A stretch of 63,849 nt of DNA, counting the filler, from Octopus bimaculoides (taxonomy: Eukaryota), in the NCBI RefSeq assembly GCF_001194135.2. It is 9 parts of 8 records of this genome, joined end to end, with 100 filler letters (N's around TTAATTAATTAA, not from the genome) between each part and the next. Parts side by side here need not be neighbours in the genome. Positions count along the whole stretch, not along the records: positions 36,618 to 40,469 come from NC_068982.1; positions 40,570 to 53,920 come from NC_068981.1; 7 more parts are not named here. One strand, 5' to 3'. A model generated the notes under the pieces. That model saw nothing but the letters and a program-made list of their open reading frames with translations, made no database searches and was not told the DNA's origin. Shown here one piece after another: positions 40,084-51,181 of this stretch. Both the position numbers and the translations under genes were made by a program. How positions within the stretch are numbered: position 1 is the stretch's first letter; every line of letters starts with the position of its first letter.

Positions 40084-40240
40084 ATCTTAATATATAAAGC
40101 TGAAGTTGTGTGTCTGTGTGAAGCCTTTTTGAAAGTTTATAGAAATCCACATTTTCCACTTTTTCGTAAAAAATTTTACATCAATGGAATTTTCTCGATC
40201 TGAACTTTCCAGTGCAGTAATTAGATTTTTAAAATTCCTT
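40084..40240 (+). mobile_element. Possible non-autonomous Helitron 5' end
   Basis: TCTTAATATATAAAGCTGAAGTTGTGTGTCTG resembles TC-initial Helitron ends. Confidence 0.35.
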
Positions 40241-40469
40241 TTACTTTGTGTGATTTAACGGAGATTTGGCTGTCGTTTCTAGCAACTTTTATATTCCTTT
40301 CCTTCTCCCTGTACCGGCGTTGTTATAGAGAGTAAGAGTAAAAGAGGGAGACGGAGAGAGAAAGTGATACATACAAAGTCATAGATTAACTTGGTTACAT
40401 TTTACACTCTTACTTCTTCTTCCTCTCTCTCATTTAATACCCTTCCTCTACGTCTAACATATTTTTCAT

Positions 40470-40569
40470 NNNNNNNNNNNNNNNNNNNNNNNNNNNNNNN
40501 NNNNNNNNNNNNNTTAATTAATTAANNNNNNNNNNNNNNNNNNNNNNNNNNNNNNNNNNNNNNNNNNNN
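40470..40569. other. Artificial scaffold-join spacer
   Basis: 44N + TTAATTAATTAA + 44N. Confidence 0.9.
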
Positions 40570-40740
40570 TACCATTCTTCAAGGCAGGACCCCAGCATGA
40601 AACAAGAGATAAACGAAAAGACATCCTGTTATGTCATTGTGCCACTCAACCAAATGTGCTGCGTCTGCAATGTCACCTTTCTCTCTTTTTTTCTCAAAAT
40701 CTTTCTTAATCTCAATTCTTCACCTCTACACTCAGCAACT

Positions 40741-40962
40741 TTCATTACCAGATTTCTGTAGAGATGTTCTGTGTTTCTTTCAATTAATTTTAAATATAAC
40801 AAAGAATTTAGTAAAATAACTTTGTTATCATAAAGCTAGTGTTAGGAACATAAATTGTGACTAAGGTTTGGTGGAAGATTTTAATTCAAAACATATGAAA
40901 ACAAGGCATTTGTACTACAGAGCCAGAGCCAGTTTCAGCCGGTTTGATATCGAAAGGGTTAA
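40741..40962. mobile_element. piggyBac-type MITE
   Basis: Ends CGAAAGGG-TTAA; body related to 47790-47890 and 48340-48473. Confidence 0.6.
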
Positions 40963-41499
40963 ACAGTAATGACTTGAGTAACATCACAGGACAAGGAATT
41001 GGTTACTGTATTGAGGAATAATTGAACTTATGACTAATAAATTTCTACTGAAGACAACAGAAAAGTCCTCCCTACCCTATCATTCATAATATAGTGTTTT
41101 CGTGTACAGAGAAATGTGGCTGTTTCCCAATTGTATGTACTGTGGTAATGTAGAGGTGTGTATGTGTGTGCAAATATCAAGTAGTGAGAATGAGCACTTA
41201 ACACTGAATTTGTGGATAAATATTCTTTATTTGTGGGTTAATAAGGCTACCAATGGTTTCGTGTAACAAAGGATCTCTTTACAATTTTCAAGCCTGCTAC
41301 ATGGGAATGTTGATACCTGTCTCCTACCCCAGCATAGCCACAGTCTAATGACTGAAACAAGTAAAAGATAAAAGATAATGTAAAGATTTTTAATGTATAT
41401 ACATACAGGTGTGTTAAACATAAATTAAAATGGGGTTGGGTCAGAAGGCCAAATGTGAGACAACTCTGACTTTAGAAATAAATTAAGGTAAAACATGAA

Positions 41500-42085
41500 C
41501 CTGTGATAGAGGAGGTAAACCCAGGAGTACATGGGCCAAGGTGGTGAAGCATGACCATCGACCTTTGAACATCACAGAGGCAATGTCTAATGACCAACAC
41601 CTCTGGCAGTTTACTCTGCTTAAGAGGACCTGTCAAACCAAGTGCACCTGTGTTGGTGGCACGTAAAAAATCAACCTTTGAATATTGGGCCTCACAGAGG
41701 CAAAGTGGCTGAGTTCCTTTTGAGCGTTGGGACTCATGGAGGTGAGGTGGCTGAATTCCTTTCAAGCATGCCTCATGGAGGCATGGTACTGAGTTCCTTT
41801 TGAGTGTTGGGCCACACAGTAGCAATGACCAAGACCTTTGGCATTATGTCGTGCTTGAGAAGAAGACCCGTCAAGCTGAGCAAAATTGCATTCGTGGCAG
41901 ATACCACTGTCACACAAATGGCATTCATGCCGGTGACACATTAAAGAACCCACTACACTCTTAAAGTGGTTGGCATTAAGAAGGGCATCCAGCCATAGAA
42001 AACCATTCCAAATCAAACTGGAGTCTGGTGCAGCCTTCTAGCATGCTAGCATGGACAACAGATGTTAAATGATGATGATGATAAT
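41500..42085 (+). mobile_element. RTE-type LINE 3' end (family E) with internal tandem repeats and (GAT)n tail
   Basis: GKPRSTWAKVVKHDHRPLNITEAMSNDQHLW (RTE C-terminus); about three 42-bp repeats at 41686-41820; tail TGTTAAATGATGATGATG. Confidence 0.75.
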
Positions 42086-42249
42086 ATACACTCCCCCCCC
42101 CCCCACAAGAGTGCCTGGACAGATGAAAATAGCACTCAAAATGCATTTAGCTGGAGTTATAAGTATTTAATAACAGGTTGACTCAGCTCTACATTATTTA
42201 CAGATTTGTGAACACCTGACACATTCATATCATCATCATCATCATCAGG

Positions 42250-42392
42250 GGAGGGGATAAGTCAGTCACATCAACCCCAGTATGCAACTGGTACTAATGT
42301 TATTGACCCCGGAAAGATGAAAGGTAAAGACAGCCAAAATGCTGCAAACCATTTTGTCCCACTTGGTAACGACTCTGCCAGCTCACCACCTC
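42250..42392 (-). mobile_element. SINE family B, diverged
   Basis: Minus strand GGTGGTGAGCTGGCAGAGTCGTTACC...CCTTTCATCTTTCCGGGGTCAATAA. Confidence 0.7.
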
Positions 42393-42908
42393 TCTCTCCG
42401 GTCACATATTACAAAGGTGAAGGTATGTGTGTTTGTGTGCATGTGTGGGTGTATACATAGAGGAATGTCATTTCCCACAATGTAGAAGTGTGTAAAGGAA
42501 TGTCATTCGTCAGTCATGTTGAGGTGTGTCTGTTTGGAAAGGGGTCGGTTTCTCACTTATGTTTTCTCCTTTTGTTTTTATCTTCTCAAATGTCTCTTTT
42601 ATTTGATAATGTCGTTTATCTTGTTAGTTGACAATATCTTCTCTCTTAACACTTGAGATATCGTCTGTTCTCTTATAAAATACTTTTTATCATGAGTAAG
42701 AAGCTTTCAGCCTTGACCAAACTTTGACTGAACAAATACAGACGCACCTTTCCAACTGAATCTGTGATTATTTTACTTTATAGTTGTTATTTCAAAGCAT
42801 TCCAGCCATGATCATCCCATCTCTTTGTTTCCAGGTTTTGTGTATTCGATGCAGCCTTAGTTCATTATTTACATTTGATGGATATTTGTCCTCATCTTGT
42901 TTGTTTTT

Positions 42909-42954
42909 AACACAATGTTTCAGCTGATGTACTCTCCAGTCTTCATCAGGTGTC
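42909..42954 (-). ncRNA. Type I HHR, mutated copy
   Basis: GACAC-CTGATGA-A-GACTG(GAGAGTACAT)CAGCT-GAAA-CATT-GTGTT; transitions in helices II and III. Confidence 0.65.
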
Positions 42955-43024
42955 TTAGGGGAAATTTCGAACCTGGGTTCTCATTCCTAAGCTATTTTAC
43001 AATATTATTATTATTCAGGTCACT

Positions 43025-43080
43025 GAACTCGGGATCTTGGGGTTAGTAGCCCGTGCTCTTAACCACTATGCCATATGCCC
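43025..43080 (-). promoter_or_regulatory. tRNA-like Pol III head inside the PLE 3' region
   Basis: GGGCATATGGCATAGTGGTTAAGAGCACGGGCTACTAACCCCAAGATCCCGAGTTCA: canonical A box TGGCATAGTGG, CT-ACT-AA loop, truncated B box. Confidence 0.55.
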
Positions 43081-43109
43081 ATGGGCAATTATGGAGTGAA
43101 TTTTAGGGC

Positions 43110-43683
43110 TTATAAATCTAATATTTCCCAATCCTTCCTAAATATCGGTTCCCATATGCTGTTCATATCTGCACTTGGTCTGCTTAGGAGGTTGTTGTGT
43201 CCTAGCATATGTGCTGCTTCTTTTAGTTTTCATATTTTCTAGTGGTGTTCTCTGTCTATTATTTTATCTTCATCCCACAGGGGGAAGTGGTCTCCCTTTT
43301 TCCATACCCGTTTTATCAATATTTCCCCATGTCACAGCTTTGCGATGTTTGTCTACCCTTATTTTGAGGAAGAGGCATGTTTCGCCTTTGTATAACCTAC
43401 CACAACTGCATGGGATGGAATACACGCAATTCTTAATCATATTCTCTTCTGTTGGTGGTTTTGCTCGAAGGAGATATTTGCAAAGTGTTGTATTGCTCTT
43501 GAATACCGTCCTGATGTCATATGGGCCGCATATCTTTTGTATCTTTTTGGGGAGGCCTTTCACATAGGGTGGACACACTGTGGACAGTTTATTGGCCTCA
43601 TTCTCTCTCTTCTTCATAATTGGAATGGATGGAATACTTTTGGGGTAGTTGTTGTGTAACAGATCGTTATTGAACTTGATCAT
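43110..43683 (-). pseudogene. Penelope-like GIY-YIG endonuclease region (frameshifted)
   Basis: PYVKGL...VFKSNTTL...NCVYSIPCSCGRLYKGET...RVDKH; after a frameshift PLWDEDKIIDRE...KLKEAAHM...WEPI. Confidence 0.85.
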
Positions 43684-43859
43684 TTCTTCGTGGTGGGTAT
43701 CACAATCGCTACTTATATTCTTTGCTCAATGTTTTAGGCACTGAGCAATCCCTCTCTTTACACTCTATGGATGGTGGGAATTGAAGTGACCTGAATAATG
43801 ATAATAATAACATTGAAAAATACCTTAGGAATGAGAACCCAGGTTCGAAATTTCCCCGA

Positions 43860-43905
43860 GACACTTGATGAAGGCTGGAGGGTATATCAGCCGAAACGTT
43901 GTGTT
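43860..43905 (+). ncRNA. Type I HHR (C3U variant)
   Basis: GACAC-TTGATGA-A-GGCTG(GAGGGTATAT)CAGCC-GAAA-CGTT-GTGTT: 5-bp helix I, 5-bp helix II, ACGT palindrome, GUU site. Confidence 0.75.
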
Positions 43906-44904
43906 AACAACAAACAAGATGAGGACAAATATCTGTCAAATGTAAATAATTCCTCATCTGTCAAATATAGAACTGTCGCCTTTGGCATGGGTTGGACGGT
44001 TTGACTAGATGCAATGGGCAGTGTACCATGTTTCCTATGGCTGGACAATCTTCTTAACCCCAACATGTGCTGGGTGCTTTTTTTCATATTGCGAGGTCAC
44101 CATGCAGCCTGTAAGACCACAAACCTTAAGTGGAAATGGAAGAATAAGGAGAGGAGTAAAGTATGAAAGGACCAGAACTGGTTTGTTGCTGTGGAGGGGC
44201 AACATGACTAGTCCTATTTTAGAAATGTGGGGGCAGGGAGCAGGAAAGTGATAAAAACATTGGTGATGAGGTGTCACCTTCAAAAGATAATAAGCTTGAA
44301 GCTGGGGTGCAAGGAGGAGTGGGTGGGTACAATAGGAAAAAGCTGTTCTCAAAGGTTGAAAAGGTTAATTTTTGTTTTTAATTGAACCCATTATTGTCTT
44401 GATTCTCTGGCACACCTGTGAAAAAAGGTAGGCCACTTAATCCCAAAGGTGTTACTTGGTGTGTTGGAATGGTTATTCCTTTTCTTCCATTCATTACATT
44501 TGACATTTCTGAATGGTTTTTACATCGAATCATCCCTACATTGCATATTACACAATTACTCCATCAGGAATTAGTGCTATTTTCTGATTAAAAAATTAAT
44601 GCTAATTACCTTTCTCGTCTTATCAATTATGTCTACTGATGTAAGACAAATAACAAGTTTCTTTCACATCTCACCTCCATACATTGTTTGACCAACAGAC
44701 AGAGATTCCTTTGCCTCATTCACAGTGGTGCTAGAAAGACTAATGGACACTGCCCTCTACCTGGCCACTTATGTAAAACAAACAAAAAAAACCTTGCTAT
44801 GTATTTGCTTTCATGTGGTACCCTTATCTAACATTCCTTCCTTCCTTCCTTCCTTCCTTCCTGTGGTACCCTTGTATAGCACTGTATAGCTTCCACTAAA
44901 CCAG

Positions 44905-44978
44905 ACCTTAATCAAACCATCCAACCCATGCCAGCATGGAAAACGGATGTTAAATGATGATGATGATGATGATGATGA
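44905..44978 (+). mobile_element. Family E LINE tail
   Basis: CCATCCAACCCATGCCAGCATGGAAAACGGATGTTAAA(TGA)n. Confidence 0.75.
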
Positions 44979-45189
44979 ATAACCTCTGCTGTTCCTCAGG
45001 GTTCTCTTCTGTCCCCACACTCTTGCCACCATATCCAACCGACCACACCCATTCTTCCATAGATATGCTACCCTTAATTCCACCCTAACCCTTCCCACAA
45101 CCATCCATCATCCACCCACAGCCCAGACAACTCCCGTAAAAGCTGCATTGATTTCATTAATAAAATACATAGAATAACTGTTTCCTTCT

Positions 45190-45420
45190 CAAGCCATGCC
45201 AGGCTCATAAGGACTGGTTTTCCAGTTTCTGTGGCATATAAATTCCCCACCTGGATGGGACGCTGATCTGTTGCAGAATTACTCATTTTTGCCGGCTGAG
45301 TGGACTGGGGCAATGCGAAATGAAGTGTTTTTCTCAAGAACACAGTGCATCACCTGGTCCAGGAATTGAAACCATAACCTTACAATCATGAGTCCAACAC
45401 CCTAACCACTTGAGCTACAC
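45190..45420 (-). mobile_element. SINE family D, CpG-decayed
   Basis: Aligns to 38536-38734 with several CG to TG/CA changes. Confidence 0.8.
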
Positions 45421-45541
45421 CCTTCCAATTTCATGAATGGAAACCTCAAAAATCCCTCCTCCTCTCATAGGGGCCATGTTAGTGTTGTCTCTTTGACAGC
45501 CAAAAAACTCAAGCACTACTCATATCAAGAAAACAGCACTG

Positions 45542-45585
<44 letters not shown>

Positions 45586-45861
45586 CCCTACCCTTACCAT
45601 TATAAACTGGAGGGACACTCAGCTGGGTCTCTGACAACAGCTCCAAATGTTAGGCCTCACTATCACTGGAGATCTCACTTCACGAAAAGCACATCCGCAA
45701 CATAGCTATGAGCACTTCCCAAAAACTGGCCTTTCCTTTCAGGGCCAGGAAATGTTTCAAATCCCCAGCAGTTATTGACAAGGCTCAAATAGGGCCCACA
45801 ATGGAGTTCTGCTTCCACATCTGAAACTGCTGCTGCTGCTCACAGGCAAGGGTTTCATCTA

Positions 45862-46266
45862 TTCTCTTTTACTCTTTCAGTCATTTAAGTGCAACTGTGC
45901 TGGAGCACCGCCTTTAGTGGTGGAAATCGACCCCAGGACTTATTCTTTGTAAGCCAAGTACTTACTCTATCAGTCTCTTTTGCCGAACTGCTAAGTTACG
46001 GGGACGTACACACACCAGCATTGGTTGTCAAGCAATGTTAGGGGGACAAACACAGACACACAAACACACACACACACACATATATACACACATATACATA
46101 TATACGATGGGCATTTTTCAGTTTCTGTCTACCAAATCCACTCACAAGGCTTTGGTCGGCCCGAGGCTATAGTAGAATACACTTGCCCAAGGTGCCACGC
46201 AGTGGGAATGAACCCGGAGCCATGTGGTTGGTAAGCAAGCTACTTACCACACCGCCACTCCTGCGT
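45862..46266 (-). mobile_element. SINE family A, full length
   Basis: tRNA head, CORE-like GGCACCTTGGGCAAGTG, internal (TA/TG)n, 3' tail. Confidence 0.9.
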
Positions 46267-46298
46267 CTAGATCAACTTAAAACAAGAAATTTATATCA

Positions 46299-46590
46299 TA
46301 TTGGGTTGAATATTTTTTCAAATTTATTTTAAACAAAATAAAAAACTACAACAAATTACTCAATAAAATATTCTCTGTTGTCATTTATGACTTCCTCCCA
46401 TCATTTGATAAGTTTTGCGATGCCTTGGTGGTAGAAATCTCACAGTCTTGACTCAAAGGATTCGTCCAACCAATTCCATTTCATTATTGAACAATTCACC
46501 ATGCAAAGCATTCGAAAGTGGTCGAAAGAGATGAACATCTGTTGGCACCAAGTGTGGAGAGTCTGGAGGATGTGGCAACACTTTCCATAG
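46299..46590 (-). pseudogene. Mariner transposase C-terminus plus TIR
   Basis: WKVLPHPPDSPHLVPTDVHLFRPLSNALHG...DFYHQGIAKL..WEEVINDNREYFIE*; ends TTCAACCCAA-TA. Confidence 0.8.
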
Positions 46591-47039
46591 AAGAAGGAGT
46601 GGTTTGGGATGGGTTGGCCGCAAAAAGGGCTAAAATATTATCTTATTTCACTGTAGTTAAAACTAGCATCATTGTTATTATTGATGATGATGATGATGAT
46701 ACCGTTGTGGTTGGTGGTCAACAGTAGTGTGGTTGGTTCCTATTATATTACTGGTATTGACTAACTTAATGATGATACTCACTTAACAGTTCTATACCCT
46801 GTCTAGTGAGGACCATTTCTATTCAACCTGCTATTGTTGCCCTCCCCACCACCACTACCACTCACCACAAACTTGTCTCATTGAGTGTAGCTTAACATTA
46901 ACAGGATTTGAACTTGAAACTCAACTGGAGTCTATTTGGAAGTAGGTTTCTCAGATAACTAGAAATAGCAACTAAATCTCCAAGTCACACTCTACCATCT
47001 TTAAAAGAAGGATACTATATATAATATACTCCTAGGATC

Positions 47040-47240
47040 ATCATCATCATCGTTTAACATCTGCTTTCCATGCTGGCATGGGTTGGATGGTTTGACCGGG
47101 GACTGGCAATCCAGGAGGCTGCACCAGGCTCCAATCCAAGGTTTCTACGCCAACCACTCCAAGAGTGCAGTGGGTGCTTTTTATGTGCCACCGGCACAGG
47201 GGCCAGTCAGGGGCCACTGGCATCGATCACGTTTGGATAT
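47040..47240 (-). mobile_element. Family E LINE 3' end
   Basis: (CAT)n-CGTTTAACATCTGCTTTCCATGCTGGCATGGGTTGG... Confidence 0.8.
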
Positions 47241-47919
47241 GTCTGAATAAAAGGTATGAATGTCAAAGATGGAACTGCTTTGGTTATATATTTGCTGGAT
47301 GAAGGTTAATTGCTCCTAACAAAATTAAATCCAGACATTTTCATTTGTGTAATTCTCGTTAACCCCGACAGAATTAATTATTGATTGAGATTGATTTAGA
47401 AATTCTCCTGAAATCCAATCAATACTAGATATGATAATCAATAATCCAGCCTTGAAACTTCAAAGTATTAATGAGTGCTGAGNNNNNNNNNNNNNNNNNN
47501 NNNNNNNNNNNNNNNNNNNNNNNNNNNNNNNNNNNNNNNNNNNNNNNNNNNNNNNNNNNNNNNNNNNNNNNNNNNNNNNNNNNNNNNNNNNNNNNNNNNN
47601 NNNNNNNNNNNNNNNNNNNNNNNNNNNNNNNNNNNNNNNNNNNNNNNNNNNNNNNNNNNNNNNNNNNNNNNNNNNNNNNNNNNNNNNNNNNNNNNNNNNN
47701 NNNNNNNNNNNNNNNNNNNNNNNNNNNNNNNNNNNNNNNNNNNNNNNNNNNNNNNNNNNNNNNNNNNNNNNNNNNNNNNNNNNNNNNNTTTAATGAAGTT
47801 ATTTTGTTTTACTAAATTTTTCATTATTATCAAAATTATTTGATTTCAATGCATTTCAACAGAAATATGGTAAAAAAGGGGGGAGGGGGTTAAATTGATC
47901 TAAATTAAAACCTGCTCTC

Positions 47920-48337
47920 TACTCTCTCTTTACTGTTGTACTTGTCTCAGTTATTTGACTGCGGCCATGCTGGAGCACTGCCTTAAGTCGAGAAAATCAA
48001 CCCCTGGACTTATTCTTTAGAAGCCTAGTACTTATTCTATCGGTCTCTTTTGCCAAACCGCTAAGTTACGGGGACGTAAACACACCAGCATCAGTTGTCA
48101 AGTGATGCTGGGGGGGACAAACACAGACACAAACATATACACGCACATACATATATATATGTATACATATATACGACGGGCTTTTTTCAGTTTTTCGTCT
48201 ACCAAATCCACTCACAAGTCTTTGGTCAGCCCGAGGCTAGAGTAGAAAACACTTGCCCAAGGTGCCACGCATTAGGACTGAACCCGGAACCATGTGGTTG
48301 GGAAGCAAGCTACTTACCACACAGCCACTCCTGCGCC
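47920..48337 (-). mobile_element. SINE family A, full length
   Basis: Matches 45862-46266. Confidence 0.9.
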
Positions 48338-48469
48338 TCATCAAAATTCCGTGTTAATTTATGTTTCAAATGCCAGTTTAATAATGACAAAGTTATTTTA
48401 CTAAATTCGTCATTATTTGAAATAAAAGCAGCATATTTGAACAAAAATACTTGATAAGCAACAAAAGAG

Positions 48470-48674
48470 TTAATTCGTTAGCATTTAAATTACACTCTCA
48501 AATGTAATGCTTATTAATTCCAATTGCTTTGAATTAATCAGGCATTATCTTGTAGCTTTGAAATTTCAATGACGTGATTGTTTATTTTTAGGTGAATGAG
48601 ACCAGATTGTGACAATTTGAACACAAAACAGGTAGAATATCTGATGTGGTCTGATGTGAATGCCAAAGGGTTAA
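48470..48674. mobile_element. piggyBac-type MITE (second type)
   Basis: Bounded by TTAA at 48470 and CCAAAGGG-TTAA at 48674; internal TAGCATT/AATGCCA near the termini. Confidence 0.55.
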
Positions 48675-49987
48675 GCAATGGGTCTGCAGGAAGTTCGTGA
48701 TTCTGTGTCTTTAGTTTATAGACAGAAACGTCTTTAAACCGTTTTTACTAAAACTGATAAGACTTAAATCTAAAAACCGCTGCCATTAAATGCTGCCTGG
48801 TTGTTGTGGTTGTTGTTGTTGTGTGTTACCATTCCTTGTTGAAGCCATTTCGGTTCACTTGGAACCATTTGCAGCAGTAATCTTTTAAAAGGAACCAACA
48901 TGACATAATTATGTTTACTTTTCCCTCTCCAAAGTCTTGCACCAACCATTCTTTGAGAAATCAATATCGTATCCACTTCATAGCAAAAGATCTTGTTGCC
49001 AAGGAAACGGTTTATAAAGAACACAATTTATGACATACATATCTTGGTTGGGTTTTTTTTTTTCCTTGTTTTTCTGTCTACATACATTTATATACACACA
49101 TGCACACATGTATGTGTGTGTGTGTGTATCTATATACGTATACACATGTATCTTATTTTTTTCTATTTTTATGTAATTTCCTCAGTGTCATTATGTCTAA
49201 TCAGATCAAAACTGAAGATTTTTTTTTTTTTTTTTCTCTGTTGTTGTTAAAGAGACAATTCTATTGGTGCAAATGTTTCCATTGTTGCCAATGTGGTTCT
49301 TGTAATTGTCTGACTTTTATTGCTCTTAGTAGGCCATTAGAATTTACAAACCGAAGCTCTTGAAATGTTTCAAATTAATAAATAATGGAACCATTTCAAT
49401 TAGTTTTCGCTGATGCAATCTTGCTGCTGCTGCTGTTGTTAGATTTTTTGAGAAGCAGCCACTTGAGTTGCAACATCTCTAATTCCATTAACCACTTTCA
49501 AGATCCAAGAATTTATTTCCTCAATCTTTATTTGTTTGTCTTAGACTTTTACTGATTCAATATACTGAAGTGGGGGGGGGATTTATTTATTGATTTATAT
49601 ATTTATTTAATGATGCCACCATTGAACAATGATGGTGATGGTGGTGGTGGTAGCAGTGGCATTGTTGGTTATGGGTTTTCAAGCAATCATTCGGTCATTG
49701 TATTTCCACCAATGACAATCATGAGGGAGTGTCTGTAACTCACTGCAGAACAAATATCTCAAGGGATTTCATTTATAAAACACCAGCTTTTTGGTTCACA
49801 CACTGATGTACACACACACACACACATTCACACAGAATCCGTTTACCAAATTCCACTTGCAAGGTACTGATCAACACTGGGGTGTAGCAGAAGACACTTG
49901 TTTAAAGGGATGTGCAGCGGGTTGAATACAGAACTGCATAGTTTCCAAATCTTGTTGTTGTTGTTGTTTAACCTCAGATCAGTTTTT

Positions 49988-50290
49988 CATCATCGTTTAA
50001 TGTCCACTTTCCATGCTGGCATGGGTTGGACGGTTCGACTGGGGTCTGGGAAGCCAGGAGGCTGCACCAGGCTCCAGTCTGATCTGGCAGTGTTTCTACA
50101 GCTGGAAGCCCTTCCTAACGTCAACCACTTAGAGAGTGTAGTGGGTGCTTTTTATGTGCCACCAGCACAGGAACCAGTCGGGTAGGCCTGGCATCGGCCA
50201 CATTTGGATGGTTCTTTTTATGTGCCACCGGCACAGGAGCCAGTCAGGTGGGCCTGGCATCGACCACATTTGGATGATGCATTTTACATG
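49988..50290 (-). mobile_element. Family E LINE 3' end with 66-bp tandem repeat
   Basis: Units start at 50145, 50211 and 50277. Confidence 0.8.
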
Positions 50291-50641
50291 CTGCTTAAAA
50301 TATCGAGCAGTGTGGGTTACGGTGAAAGAGGTGGCAGCTGTGATCATCCTGCAAGAAAACTTTAATTCAGTGGAAGCATATATTTTAGACAGGGTGCTTT
50401 ATTTCAACACTTGTCACTTCTTTCAAATGGAATCTTCTTTCACTTGAATTTGCTTTGAGATGCTGTATAAATAAACTAAATATCACACACACACACACAC
50501 CTCTTTAGAAATGCAAGGTGAACTTTTACAGTGTGTTTTTAGTAAACTTTCATGTTGGTTTTGCCATGTAAATTAGCTGCCTTACTCCTTCCCTGGATAA
50601 ATCACAAGGTTTTCTCTCTGGGTAGAAAAAGTATTCAGGGT

Positions 50642-50674
50642 GACTAGTTTCAGTATTTAATACTGCTTCGTCAG
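50642..50674 (-). ncRNA. Type I HHR motif with probable 2-nt deletion
   Basis: CTGACGA-A-GCAGTAT(TAA)ATACT-GAA-ACTAGT-C: canonical core, ACTAGT palindrome, GUC site; helix I poor. Confidence 0.55.
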
Positions 50675-51152
50675 AGATGGATTACTCACTTCCTGACCAC
50701 AGAAGAATCACTCAACTTTACCCTGTAAAGTGATTGACATCAGGAAGGGCCGTCAGCCATCGAAACCATTCCAAAGCAGACACTGGAGCTTGATGCAAAT
50801 TGGTTCCGGTCAAACTGCCCAACTCATGCCACAATAGAAGTTGGGTGATGATTATAACCCATCACAGAGCATATTACTTATTAAGATACATGTAGGATCA
50901 TCATTTTGATGATAATGATAAGCATATGGTATGTGTTAGGAACCAACCATTTCAAAGCGGACATTGGAACTTGGGACAGCCTTCTGGCTCATCAGGTTGA
51001 ACCATCTAATGCATGACAGTGTTGAAAAAGGGATGCAGTCTTCACATTCAACAACCTCTCATTATACTACTTCCATTCCTCTCTCTTTTTGGTTTGTCTA
51101 ATTTATATATGTGTGTGTGTGGTACATACACACACAGCTGAATTTATTTCTT

Positions 51153-51181
51153 ACTAGCAGGACCCGTGAATATTTCACAGA
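51153..51181 (-). mobile_element. Helitron-type 3' terminus
   Basis: Minus strand hairpin GTGAA-ATA-TTCAC, then GGGTCCTG-CTAG|T. Confidence 0.55.

Larger units (their letters stand above)
42864..43950 (-). mobile_element. 5'-truncated Penelope-like element with inverted pLTRs
   Basis: Arms 42864-43024 and 43785-43950 are inverted copies, each with an HHR, flanking a GIY-YIG fragment. Confidence 0.85.

Noticed and set aside
43025-43080. Functional tRNA gene (ACT anticodon)
   Set aside because: T arm and 3' acceptor are missing and the anticodon stem has only 3 bp. SINE heads elsewhere are likewise not tRNA genes.
44675-44730. 56-nt minus-strand candidate exon (TTVNEAKESLSVGQTMYG, donor GTGAGA)
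   Set aside because: Short acceptor tract, no partner exon and no recognisable homology.
46490-46620. Exon-like segment with AG/GT on the minus strand
   Set aside because: The third frame is clearly mariner transposase (HPPDSPHL, YSPDL-like).
50979-50995. Minus-strand CTGATGA-GCC(AGAA)GGC hairpin
   Set aside because: No GAAA follows; the sequence derives from the family E LINE tail.
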